64,000 bases of DNA from Felis catus (Eukaryota), in assembly GCF_018350175.1 (NCBI RefSeq), contig NC_058368.1:53322001-53386000 (forward strand). Reading direction: 5' to 3'. Shown here one piece after another: positions 56,201-63,479 of the stretch. The notes under the pieces were generated by a model that was not told the DNA's origin, made no database searches, and was given only the letters and a program-made list of their open reading frames with translations. How positions within the stretch are numbered: position 1 is the stretch's first letter; the number at the start of each line of letters is the position of its first letter. Position numbers and translations under genes: made by a program.

Positions 56201-59200
56201 AGTGCCTTATTTATTCTACCAGTAATGACTGCAGTGCTACAGTCATCTGAGTAAGCTATATGATACCTGAAACTGAATAAAAACACAAGCATACACATGA
56301 AGTAACTATATGCTTTATTAAAACTGAATAAAAACACAAGCATACACATGAAGTAACTATAAATAACCTTCTTTTAGATTATGGCATAAAATATAAAGAT
56401 ACTGGATCACCACATTGTATACCTAAAGCTAATGTAACATTATGTGTAAACTATATCCAAAAAAGTTTTTTTAAAAAGGAATGCTATTTCAACTGAAAAC
56501 ATTTTAAGTTTTCTGTTCACCTAGTACTTATTGAACACTAATTACAAGCCAGGCAGTGTTCAAAGATTAATACATATTCATTATTTCCCCCATACAGATG
56601 AGGAAACAGGAGGCACTGAGTTAAGTAATTTACCCAATTTTAAACAGCTGGCAAAGTGGCAGAGACGATATTCAAAGCCAGCCATTCTGGTTCCAGAGTT
56701 TGTCCTCTCAACTACTACACTACACTGTTGCGTATTTTCTCTCCATTTGCTGAAATAAGGGATCTAGAGCACCCCACTTCAATGAAGCTGTTTTGCTAAG
56801 GCTACCAATGACTTCTACCGTTCCAAACTTAAGGGCCACTTATCTGCCTTCATCCTTTTCGGCCATTCTGTAACATCCCATCAAGTTGACAACTCACCTC
56901 TTTTGTTTCTTTAGTAACATAAATCTCAACCTTCTACCTCAGACCTTGGCCCTCCTTTCTTCCCTATCAACACATTCTTAATTAGGAAATCTCCCACAAC
57001 TCCATAGTTTCAAATACTATCTGCATGACTCCAAATTTCTCTAGTGTTCACCTGAGTTCTAGACTCATAACCCAACAACTTATTTGACATCTAACTCAGA
57101 TGTATAACAAACACTTTATATTTACTGATCAAAACCAACTATCTTTCCTCCTCCCCTCCATGTGTTCTCCCAGCCTTCTCTATCATCACCCATCCAGTTG
57201 CTAACTTCTTGGTCATCATCCTTGATTTCCCTTTCCCTCATCTCCCACATCCAATCAATATCAGCAAGTTCTATAAGATCCACTTATAAAACATATTTTG
57301 TTGTTTCCACTACCACTCTAATACAAACTACTCACATTTCTGCCTACAATGCCCTCAGAACAGTCTCCTCACATTAATGCCTGCCCCCTTAATCTCCACA
57401 AAGCAGGCATCATTAAAACAAGAACGGGCCTGGGTGGCTCAGTCCGTTAAGCGTCCGACTTCGGCTCAGGTCATGATCTCACAGTTTGTGAGTTCAAGCC
57501 CCATGTCGGGCTCTGTGCTGACAGCTCAGAGCCTGGAGCCTGCTTCGGATTCTGTATCTCCCTCTCTCTCTCAAGAATAAAATAAATTAAAATTAAATTA
57601 AAATTAAAAAAAAAAACCAAGATCAAATGAGGGGCACATGGGTTGCTCAGTTGGTTAAGCATCTGACTTCAGCTCAGGTCATGATCTCGTGGCTCAGGTC
57701 AGGATCCCGTCGGGCTTTGTGCTGACAGTTCTGAGCCTGGAGCCTGCTTCAGATTCTGTGTCTCCCTCTCTACCCTCCCTCCCTTGCTCACGCTCTGTCT
57801 CTCTCTCTCTCTCAAAAATAAATAAACATATTTAAAAAAAAAAAAAAGAGTTCAAACCAGTCCCTGCCTGCTTTAAATTATCTAAGGTCTTCTCATTATA
57901 AATGAAATCCTAGCTCTTGACCATGGCCTAGAAAATCCTACATAATTTGCCCTGACAACTTCTCCAATTTCATGTCCTTCCATTCTCTCCCACCCCCATC
58001 ACAAGGTTCCTTGCAGTCACATTGCCTTCTTTGTCTTCCTGGAACACACTGTGATCATATCTGCTAAAGGGCCTTTGCACCTGCTGTTCCTTCTGCAAGG
58101 AAAAGTCTTTCTCCAGACTCTGACACAGATGGTTTTCTCCTAAGTGTTGTTCAAACGCTAACTCCTGTGAGAAGTCTTCTAATCACCCTTTTATATGATC
58201 CTGTATTATTACAACCGCCATTCCTATTTTTATCTGAAGTTATCTTATTTAATACTCCTTTATTATTGTCTTGTCAACTTCGGAACTTAAAAGCTCTACC
58301 AAAGCCTCCCAGAGTACATAGCAGGCGCTGGGTAAACTCATTAAATGAGTGGATTTTCCGTATTTTAAGTTGTTTACTATAAATCAACCAATCTTGATAA
58401 AGCCCCTGGATCAAGATATATTTTGTAGGTATTACTGTAAAGACAAATCCTTAAAACACTCATTTTTTCAATCTAAAACATTCCGGCACCCTGAATACAC
58501 AAATCTCCACACACACACACACACAATCCATCTACAGCAACCCACTTAAAACTGCTAAATATTCCATATGGATAGGTAACATTTTCTTCCTCCTCTCCAA
58601 CTTAACAAACGTGTAGGTGGGAAAAGGGAATCTTACTGGGTACCTTAGCACCTGTTACATCTTCAATCAGTTAGAAGAGGTGCGGATGAGCCAGATAGCA
58701 CATGGGAAACGTGGCCTTTCTTTCAGGGACTGTATTTATGTAAAACGTGAGTGGCCTGCACTACAACTGCCCTAATCCCTAATAAGGGCCATTTCACTTC
58801 ACTTAAAGAAACAAGGTATATTAGTCTGTGGGCAAGACGTTATGATTGGATTCATTAAACGAAAGGAAACCGATTTGGGGGCCCTCGTCAAATGCGTGTG
58901 CGGCTTGGGGTCGATCTACACATAACGGGAAAACAAGAGAAGATACCAGTTCAAGGACCAACTCGGTGATAAGATAAAGGTCAGCTCAGGCTCTCCTAAA
59001 CCTGGGAGCGACGGTGGAAAAGAAGGAGAAAACAAAAAAACCCTGGGACCTCCGTTCACCGCTTCGGCCTCCATCACAGGCACTTGGGGGAAACTGCACA
59101 GATCTATGTGTCCGCCTATCTCCCACTTCCATCCCTGCAAGGAGATAGCCCCCGGATACTCACATGGGCTCGAGAGTCTTGCTGAGCCAGGACTTGAGTG

Positions 59201-59234
59201 CCTCGAAGTTTTCAATGATCATTTTAGAAACCAT
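1158..59234 (-). CDS. RBM26: RBM26 (RNA-binding motif protein 26), spliced CDS of coding exons 1-16, partial (753 codons; continues left of the window)
   Basis: Exon lengths 71+119+137+89+218+261+240+141+141+112+160+165+132+72+126+75 = 2259 nt join in frame with GT-AG sites. The translation [42 protein letters not shown]... matches mammalian RBM26 as I recall it. Confidence 0.97.
1526..1552 (+). repeat. (CA)n microsatellite, read as (UG)n in RBM26 intron 15
   Basis: Read directly. Confidence 0.95.
1601..1726 (-). CDS. RBM26: RBM26 exon 15 ([42 protein letters not shown])
   Basis: tggtag| acceptor, |GTAAAT donor, 126 nt; ORF 1517..1726. Confidence 0.96.
2920..3124 (+). mobile_element. CAN-SINE, older subfamily
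   Basis: tRNA-derived head, CT tract, poly(A); TSD-like tagaatact. Confidence 0.88.
4260..5130 (-). mobile_element. Old L1 ORF2 fragment interrupted by a SINE
   Basis: L1 RT-region reverse-strand motifs (atcatgtcatctgtga, tttctggaataaatcctacctgg). Confidence 0.65.
4395..4621 (-). mobile_element. Young SINEC_Fc
   Basis: Near-consensus with CpGs intact; TSD tcttctttt. Confidence 0.95.
5747..5960 (+). mobile_element. CAN-SINE
   Basis: 17-bp TSD taaagttacatttataa (5730-5746 and 5961-5977). Confidence 0.94.
6261..6468 (+). mobile_element. CAN-SINE
   Basis: Typical head, CT tract and tail; TSD aaaaaaaaatca. Confidence 0.92.
8428..8798 (+). mobile_element. Tandem young SINEC_Fc: 5'-truncated copy (8428-8581) plus full copy (8582-8798)
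   Basis: Both lie inside one 18-bp TSD ttagaaaatgctgatgta (8410-8427 and 8799-8816). Confidence 0.95.
9420..9650. mobile_element. MIR fragment
   Basis: tttaatcctcacaaaccccatgag...cattttaccaatgaggaag...agaaaggttagg core. Confidence 0.7.
9958..10029 (-). CDS. RBM26: RBM26 exon 14 ([24 protein letters not shown]), symmetric 72-nt probable cassette exon
   Basis: ttttttag| acceptor, |GTAAGA donor, phase 0-0. Confidence 0.92.
11232..11363 (-). CDS. RBM26: RBM26 exon 13 ([44 protein letters not shown])
   Basis: ttctgag| acceptor (alternative CAG acceptor 9 nt inside), |GTAAAT donor, 132 nt. Confidence 0.92.
11790..12005. mobile_element. MIR fragment
   Basis: attaagtaactt...agccagaatctgaactcaagtct...cttaaacactatgct. 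Confidence 0.65.
12054..12218 (-). CDS. RBM26: RBM26 exon 12 ([55 protein letters not shown]), second half of RRM1
   Basis: tcttag| acceptor, |GTAGGA donor, 165 nt. Confidence 0.96.
12880..13095. mobile_element. MIR fragment
   Basis: taagagcacagactct...gagcaagttattta...tttcctcttcaaaaatgggataacaatacctc. Confidence 0.7.
13521..13661 (-). mobile_element. 5'-truncated, internally deleted CAN-SINE
   Basis: gagggagacacagaatccgaagcaggctcc core; TSD-like tatatttttta. Confidence 0.8.
13921..14150 (+). mobile_element. CAN-SINE with expanded (CT)n
   Basis: Typical structure; TSD tttaaatgt(t/c)aaga. Confidence 0.93.
14882..15041 (-). CDS. RBM26: RBM26 exon 11 ([53 protein letters not shown]), first half of RRM1
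   Basis: ttacag| acceptor, |GTAAGA donor, 160 nt. Confidence 0.96.
16136..16247 (-). CDS. RBM26: RBM26 exon 10 ([38 protein letters not shown])
   Basis: aaatag| acceptor, |GTAAGC donor, 112 nt. Confidence 0.95.
17541..17756 (+). mobile_element. CAN-SINE
   Basis: Typical structure. Confidence 0.92.
17782..17992 (-). mobile_element. CAN-SINE, inverted relative to its neighbour
   Basis: TSD caaattactccat (17769-17781 and 17993-18005). Confidence 0.92.
19618..19850 (+). mobile_element. Young SINEC_Fc
   Basis: Near-consensus; TSD aaaaaaagggtttt. Confidence 0.95.
21113..21253 (-). CDS. RBM26: RBM26 exon 9 ([47 protein letters not shown])
   Basis: taccag| acceptor (second in-frame acceptor at 21268), |GTACCC donor, 141 nt. 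Confidence 0.94.
21633..21773 (-). CDS. RBM26: RBM26 exon 8 ([47 protein letters not shown])
   Basis: tgacag| acceptor (second in-frame acceptor at 21803), |GTGCAG donor, 141 nt. Confidence 0.94.
22231..22470 (-). CDS. RBM26: RBM26 exon 7 ([15 protein letters not shown], end of CCCH finger; Pro-rich region)
   Basis: ttacag| acceptor, |GTAAGT donor, 240 nt; ORF 22223..22456. Confidence 0.97.
23245..23505 (-). CDS. RBM26: RBM26 exon 6 ([21 protein letters not shown]...[11 protein letters not shown]), start of CCCH zinc finger
   Basis: ttgcag| acceptor, |GTAAGT donor, 261 nt. Confidence 0.96.
24380..25050 (-). mobile_element. Old L1M 3'-end fragment
   Basis: ctttcactcagcagtattattttgagattcatcc...tttatccattcac...gctgggtcat motifs. 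Confidence 0.7.
25228..25445 (-). CDS. RBM26: RBM26 exon 5, RS/RD-rich region
   Basis: ctttag| acceptor, |GTAAAT donor, 218 nt; ORF 25220..25465 reads [18 protein letters not shown]...[12 protein letters not shown]. Confidence 0.96.
26118..26206 (-). CDS. RBM26: RBM26 exon 4 ([30 protein letters not shown])
   Basis: tatcag| acceptor, AG|GTGATC donor, 89 nt. Confidence 0.94.
26604..26857 (+). mobile_element. CAN-SINE
   Basis: Typical structure; TSD aaccaagtca. Confidence 0.9.
27411..27911 (+). mobile_element. Solo ERVL-class LTR (MER68/MER77/MER21 group)
   Basis: TG...CA ends; aaagagttaa...cctgagactg...agaaaggcctgc and aaaccctgggcactgagtc...gagcttccctgg resemble that group's consensus. Confidence 0.7.
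27954..28204 (-). mobile_element. CAN-SINE (older)
   Basis: Typical structure. Confidence 0.9.
28226..28441 (-). mobile_element. CAN-SINE (younger), 48 nt downstream of the exon 3 donor
   Basis: TSD tccttatatgcttt. Confidence 0.94.
28490..28626 (-). CDS. RBM26: RBM26 exon 3 ([46 protein letters not shown])
   Basis: tttgtag| acceptor, |GTAAGA donor, 137 nt; inside ORF 28445..28642. Confidence 0.96.
29249..29367 (-). CDS. RBM26: RBM26 exon 2 ([39 protein letters not shown]), PWI-like domain
   Basis: ttcttcag| acceptor, |GTAAAA donor, 119 nt, frame continuous. Confidence 0.96.
29900..30700 (+). mobile_element. Highly decayed L1M ORF2/3' fragment
   Basis: tcattcactgtcacactgattg...aaatgtccattta...ggactgg and similar motifs. 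Confidence 0.55.
31307..31785 (+). mobile_element. MaLR LTR (MLT1F-like)
   Basis: cagctgccatgt...ccacgtggcaatgaa...gtgagtgagcttggaagc...aattcctgac...taagtttcagggtgatttgtta. Confidence 0.75.
32953..33178 (+). mobile_element. Young SINEC_Fc
   Basis: TSD aaaaaggcaaaata. Confidence 0.95.
33717..33765 (+). repeat. (GT)n microsatellite
   Basis: Read directly. Confidence 0.95.
34835..35290. mobile_element. L2 fragment
   Basis: aaatatttaagcatgtactacgtaaggtgctattctag...gttcctgttctcacagaatttacatt. Confidence 0.55.
35611..35808 (+). mobile_element. CAN-SINE, older subfamily
   Basis: Typical structure. Confidence 0.88.
36673..37777 (+). mobile_element. Charlie1-like hAT DNA transposon with a nested SINE (36772-36958) and an MLT1-like fragment (about 37150-37450)
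   Basis: 5' end ttttcaaacattttggtctcagga...caaagagctttta and 3' end cacacttgagaaccactg resemble Charlie1 termini; SINE TSD taaaaggg(g/t)tacatctatc. Confidence 0.65.
37796..38005 (+). mobile_element. CAN-SINE, older subfamily
   Basis: TSD tttaaaattcatttaga. Confidence 0.9.
38117..38545 (+). mobile_element. 5'-truncated carnivore L1 3' end
   Basis: aagaatgaaatcttaccatttgcaacaatgtggatggaactagag; A-rich tail; TSD-like tattgttca. Confidence 0.85.
39957..40412 (+). mobile_element. Two adjacent CAN-SINEs (39957-40165 and 40197-40412) with separate TSDs
   Basis: TSDs gaaaagtaaaataag and aagaa(a/t)tggagatatcat. Confidence 0.93.
41535..41760 (-). mobile_element. Young SINEC_Fc inserted in the L1
   Basis: Near-consensus; TSD aaattct. 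Confidence 0.94.
41933..42254. mobile_element. Older CAN-SINE (-, 41933-42116) and short tRNA-head-only SINE with poly(A) (+, 42154-42254) inside the L1
   Basis: gggtgcctggctggctcagtcagtagactcttgatctcagggtcttgagttcaagcccc followed by an A tail. Confidence 0.8.
43255..43420 (+). mobile_element. Older CAN-SINE inside the L1
   Basis: TSD aaaacacaaagtgg. Confidence 0.82.
46309..46500 (+). mobile_element. Older CAN-SINE inside L1 ORF2
   Basis: TSD aaatggtgttgg. Confidence 0.87.
48706..49148. mobile_element. Head-to-head CAN-SINE pair (-, 48706-48869; +, 48939-49148)
   Basis: Typical heads and tails in opposite orientation. Confidence 0.88.
49321..49666 (-). mobile_element. Tigger2-like (TcMar) non-autonomous DNA transposon with a nested degenerate SINE (about 49416-49560)
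   Basis: TA flanks on both sides; terminal inverted repeats cagtcagctcttgaac ... gttcaagggtcaactg. Confidence 0.8.
49880..50420 (+). mobile_element. Old L1M(C/E) 3'-end fragment
   Basis: caatggaatactacacagcaataaaaagg...atggataaatctca...attccatttatatgaagttc. Confidence 0.7.
51502..51712 (-). mobile_element. CAN-SINE, older subfamily
   Basis: Typical structure. Confidence 0.85.
52703..52892 (+). mobile_element. CAN-SINE with an internal head deletion that removes the A-box region
   Basis: ggggcacc joined directly to ttcagctcagg; TSD aaagaaagagacag. Confidence 0.9.
53265..53297 (+). repeat. (CA)n microsatellite
   Basis: Read directly. Confidence 0.95.
54165..54665. mobile_element. Two MIR fragments in opposite orientation
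   Basis: ctgtgtgactctggacaagtaccttaactt...gcaaaatggagg...cttacctcatag core. Confidence 0.65.
56760..58350 (+). mobile_element. L2 fragment interrupted by two tandem CAN-SINEs (57426-57616 and 57631-57847)
   Basis: L2 motifs (aaggctaccaatgactt, gggcctttgcacctgctgttcc, aggcgctgggtaaactcattaaatgagt); SINE heads and tails. Confidence 0.75.
59164..59234 (-). CDS. RBM26: RBM26 exon 1 coding part ([24 protein letters not shown])
   Basis: ATG at 59234-59232; donor CAT|GTGAGT; 71 nt; lies in the CpG island. Confidence 0.96.
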
Positions 59235-59683
59235 CCACAGCGGCCCCGAGGCCCGTCACACTCCTCCGCCCGCCCAGGTCTCGGCCGCTACAGCCGCCGC
59301 TGCCCCCGCCCCCTCCTCCGCGCGCCGCCCGCGTGGGCCGCGGTGGGAGGCGCCGGTGGCAGGTTCCCGCGAGCCCGGATCGGCGAACAGCTCTGCGGGT
59401 ACCGTCGCAGGCCGCGAATCCACGGGGTGCCAGGAGCTCCCCGTCCCCGGACCCCGGCCCGGGCTGAGGCAGCAACGGTTTGCCCGAGCCCTCCCCTTTC
59501 CCTCCACCCAAGCAAATCTTCTTGGACCGGGAGGTCGACACGCGCCTAGATCCGAGCTTTCTCTCAGCCTCGGAACCAGGTGGTGTTGGCAACGCAGAAC
59601 AGGCAAAAGTGAAGAAAGCGAAAACGAAGGGCAGCTCAATGGGAACGATTCGGGGGGTCTTCCCGGCTCCCAGCACCCCCAAG

Positions 59684-59730
59684 AAGATGGCTGCCGATAA
59701 ATCTCGCGAGAATTGATGAAGTCTCGCGGT
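59684..59730. promoter_or_regulatory. Core promoter motifs: YY1-like AAGATGGCTGCC (59684-59695), palindrome TCTCGCGAGA (59702-59711), second TCTCGCG half-site (59722-59728)
   Basis: Read directly. TCTCGCGAGA is the known CGCG element (BANP/ZBTB33-associated) of housekeeping CpG-island promoters. Confidence 0.75.
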
Positions 59731-60516
59731 GACTCCCGGAGCCTGCTGGGAAGAGACGTAAGCTCGGCGGAGAGCGCGCTGGGCGAGTGCGGTACTTTGA
59801 TATTTTGCGTATTTGCCTCGTTTGAGGCCTTTGTGCCTTTTTACGCTTTGGTCCGCTTATGGAATAAAGACTTTATTTTTATGCACGGAGGGAAAGGCCT
59901 CTGACTTCAGAAACAGCGGGAGCTCCACTCGTCCTGTGTATAGACGGCTGTGGCGCATCAGCCGGAACGAACCTGCGGACTGGAGCGCTCCTTGAGAGCG
60001 TCTACACGTTGTGCGAGGACGCACGGCGGCCAGTGGGTTCCAGGTGTGCTGTACTGCCTCCTCCGTTTATCTCAGTGTCCTGCAATACCGTATAGTGTGT
60101 GCTGTGGTGTGGACAAGGTTGGGAAGCACAGGCTGCTATAATCTAACCCAGTGAAACTTCCAGAGGATTAGTGTTTTGTCCAGAATTACTCAACTTGATG
60201 GTAGAACACTAATGATCTAGGGATGCCCCAAAAGAAAGGTGAGATAATCTTATTAGTTCTCTAATAGTTTTCAAGCATCTGAAACTTCAGACTTTCCCTG
60301 GCTAAAGATAAGAACAGTGTGTTTTTAATTCTCTTTATGTAGAGCCGATTCAGTCACAGATAGGGAAAATAAATAGTATCAAAAGACAGAGGCTTCATAT
60401 CAGCATCCTAAATTAACTTCCCTTCTGAGGAAGTTTGGATCCTGCCTGAGTTGGTCTATTTGCTATTATTTACTATCATTAAGGTGCTAGGTGGAGGTGG
60501 GGGCGGGGACGGGGTA

Positions 60517-60647
60517 GGAGGCGCCTGGGTGGCTCAGTCGTTGAGCCTCCGACTTTGGCTCAGGTCGTGATCTCCCGGTTCACGAGTTAAGGCCTCCGTT
60601 GGGTTTTGTGCTCACAGCTCAGAGCCTAGAACCTACTTCAGATTCTG

Positions 60648-60682
<35 letters not shown>

Positions 60683-60746
60683 GCCCCTTCCCTGCTCCCG
60701 CACGCGCTCTCTCTCAAAGTAATAAATAAAATAAAATTTTAAAAAA
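60517..60746 (+). mobile_element. CAN-SINE
   Basis: Typical structure; TSD aaggt(g/a)ctaggtgg. Confidence 0.9.
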
Positions 60747-61049
60747 GGTACTAGGTGGGATTTTGCAAAAGGTCTAGTACCTGTAAAACTATAATGAAAT
60801 GCAAATAATTTGCAATATAAAGACGCTTAGAGTAAGTAGACAATGAAAAGCTCTTTAATGATAGATAGTGGTACAATAAAATTGCCCTTAGGAGCCCTTT
60901 TTTATAATTTGCTAGATTGAAGTGTCCTTAAGCAATAAGTGGGAAAGATTATCAAGAAAGCTAGACATTTGTTTTAAAATATAGCATGTAGAGTAGAATG
61001 AAATTAGAATTCAACCACTGAATAATCAGAGTGTTGATTAAAGTGATTT

Positions 61050-61345
61050 AGCTGAGTGAAATAAGCCAGAAACGAAAGGACAAATATTGTATGATTCCAC
61101 TTATGAGGTACCTAGAGTAGCCAAACTCCCAGAGATACAAAGTAGAATGGTAGTTGCCAGTGCTGGGCAGGTAGGGGAGTTATTCTGTAATGAGTAAAAT
61201 GTTTCAGTTTGGGATGTGGAAAAAGTTCTGGAGAGGAACATTGTTGATGGTTGCACAACAATGTAAATGTACTGAATGTCATTGAATTGTACATTTAAAA
61301 ATGATAAAAGTCATAAATTTTATGTATATTTTACCACAATAAAAG
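61050..61345 (+). mobile_element. L1MB-like 3'-end fragment
   Basis: gctgagtgaaataagccag...aaggacaaatattgtatgattccacttat...ttttaccacaataaaa. Confidence 0.85.
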
Positions 61346-61937
61346 TGATTTTTTTAATTTAATGTTGCTATGGGAAAAGCAAAATCCTAATTGTTTAGCC
61401 TGTTTGATAGGTTTGTCACGGGCTGACTCCAACATTGTTTTCAACTTCATCACCAACTGTTCCGTACCTGGCCTTCTGCTCCAGCCTTCCAATCATTTTT
61501 CTTCTGTCAAATACTGTATACTCCAGGCAAACTGATCTGCTCACCCTCCCCTTCTCCAAACATTTATACCTATCATTTCTACGAGGAATGCCTCTGCTTC
61601 TTTCTCTGGCTGCTCAAACCTTACCCATTCTTGGTACCACTGCTAGTATATGTTTGAAGTCTTTTTTTATTTTCCATAAATAATAGCAACAGCCTTTTAA
61701 TCTCCCTGCCTCTTAGGCTGCCCCCATTATCAGTTCATCTTCAATTGCCTTTATCATCATTGCCTTTAATAGTAATCATTGTAAAACTTGAATCTAATCA
61801 TGTCACTTCCCTGCTTACAATCTTCATCAACTCCCACGTTGTCTTCAGGATAGAATTCCAAATTCTTTAACATTCTATAAAAGGCCTTTCATAATCAAAT
61901 CTCTACCTATTTGCCTTAGAATTCTATTTCCTTCACA

Positions 61938-62135
61938 GGGGCGCCTGGGTGGCTCAATTGGTTGGGCATCCAACTTGGGCTCAGGTCATGATCTCACAGT
62001 TCACGAGTTTGAGCTAGCCCTGCAAGGGGCTCTGTGCTGACAGCTCAGAGCTTGGAGCCTGCTTTGGATTCTGTGTGTGTGTGTGTCTGCCCCTCCCCTC
62101 CTCTCAGAAATAAATATTTAAAAAAAAAAGAAAAG
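61938..62135 (+). mobile_element. CAN-SINE
   Basis: TSD ttccttcac. Confidence 0.9.
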
Positions 62136-62929
62136 AAACTTCCTTCACTGCCTTTCAGCCATTACTTTGAGCTATTATTCCATGTTCCTTGAGGGAGGTG
62201 TGTTCTCTCACTAAATGGAGCCACTCTCACTAAATGGAATGGTTTTCCTTCCCTTTCACTTGATGAAATCCTACTCATCCGTCATAATTCAGTGCATACA
62301 GCATCACCTTTGGAAAGCCATCCCTGACCTCCCTGCTCTAAAGCAAGAGTCCCTCTGAGGTTTTCTCACATCAGCCTATGCTTGCCTCTGTCATAACACT
62401 CATTGCTTTATTTGTTGCAAGTATCTGATTATCTGTCCTTCAGTAACTATAGTTTTGAGTTTTGAAGTTCCTGCTCCAAGCACAGCTCCTGATATATACA
62501 GTCAGTTCTCAATTCTTGAATGATTAAGTGAAGCTTTTCCACTTCCATGAGATCTTCCCTAACCAATGAAGCTGACAGCAACCTCTTCCTCCTCTAAATC
62601 CATTATACAGCTGTTACTACTCCACACTTAGTCGTCAGTGCTTTGCAGCATGCTTCTCTTTCTTAACCATTAACATTTACCCCTTATCACTTTAGTACTT
62701 CTTTGGCTGTGCCTTCAAAGGTGATAATTAGCTAGTGTGATTATCAGTGCTGCTAAGGGAAGACTAAAATAACCTCCATAAAGTACTTTCTGCATTCAAT
62801 AACAAACATTTCAGAATGTCCATTATTAGGTTACCTACTTAACATTTTCCAATAAACTTTCAAAGTCCTGTTTTTTGTTAGTGATGTTGCCTGGAATGAC
62901 TTTCCTCATTGCTCAAAAACCAGCTTTTC

Positions 62930-63153
62930 GGGGTGCCTGGGTGGCTCAGTCGGTTAAGCGTCCAACTTCAGCTCAGGTCATCATCTTGTGGCTTGTGAGT
63001 TCAGCCCCACATCTGTGCTGACAGCTCAGAGCCTGGAGCCTGCTTCAGATTCTGTCTCCCTCTCTGCTCGTCCCCTATTCTCACTCTGTGTGTCTCTCTC
63101 TCTCTCTCTCAAAAATAAAAAAATATTTTTTTAAAAATTAAAAAAAAAAAAAA
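62930..63153 (+). mobile_element. CAN-SINE
   Basis: Typical structure; TSD-like cagctt. Confidence 0.9.
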
Positions 63154-63479
63154 CAGCTTCTCACTGATGTCCTAGGGGAAGGTAGATGCCTCTAGGTTTC
63201 TACCTGTAGGATAGGAGTTAAAACATTCAGTTTTCTGCTGTCTCCCTGACTAGATTATGAACTTTTTAAGGACTAGAACTCAAGCATATTCGTCTTTGTA
63301 CTTCCTATACTTAACAGTGTCTGGAGCTCAAAAACGTTTATTGAAGGATATGTGCTTAATTTTAAATAGGAAGGAGGTAGAGGCAGGGGAAAATATTTTG
63401 GACAGGCAAGTCATAATGACACTTCCTAACAGACTTGTATCTCCTTGTGGTTCCCTTAGCTGCCCTCATCCTAGGAATA

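Larger units (their letters stand above)
59040..60040. promoter_or_regulatory. CpG island covering the RBM26 promoter, 5'UTR and exon 1; probably bidirectional
   Basis: Sharp rise in GC and CpG content against an AT-rich background; contains the start codon. Confidence 0.9.

Noticed and set aside
56225..56246. Hairpin atgactg-cagtgcta-cagtcat with a CAGTGC loop resembling an iron-responsive element
   Set aside because: It is on the non-transcribed strand, intronic, and lacks the IRE upper-stem and bulged-C geometry
52321..56361. Direct repeats with spacers as a CRISPR-like array
   Set aside because: Each has only two copies, the two repeats are unrelated, and the context is a mammalian intron
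59106..59716. Long overlapping ORFs (147 and 178 aa) on the plus strand of the CpG island
   Set aside because: Stop codons are scarce in GC-rich DNA; they are antisense to exon 1 and contain no recognisable domain
257..63153. Many ORFs sharing [17 protein letters not shown] / [14 protein letters not shown] / [16 protein letters not shown] peptides, resembling a multicopy gene family
   Set aside because: They are translations of CAN-SINE copies (tRNA head, CT tract, poly(A), TSDs), not genes
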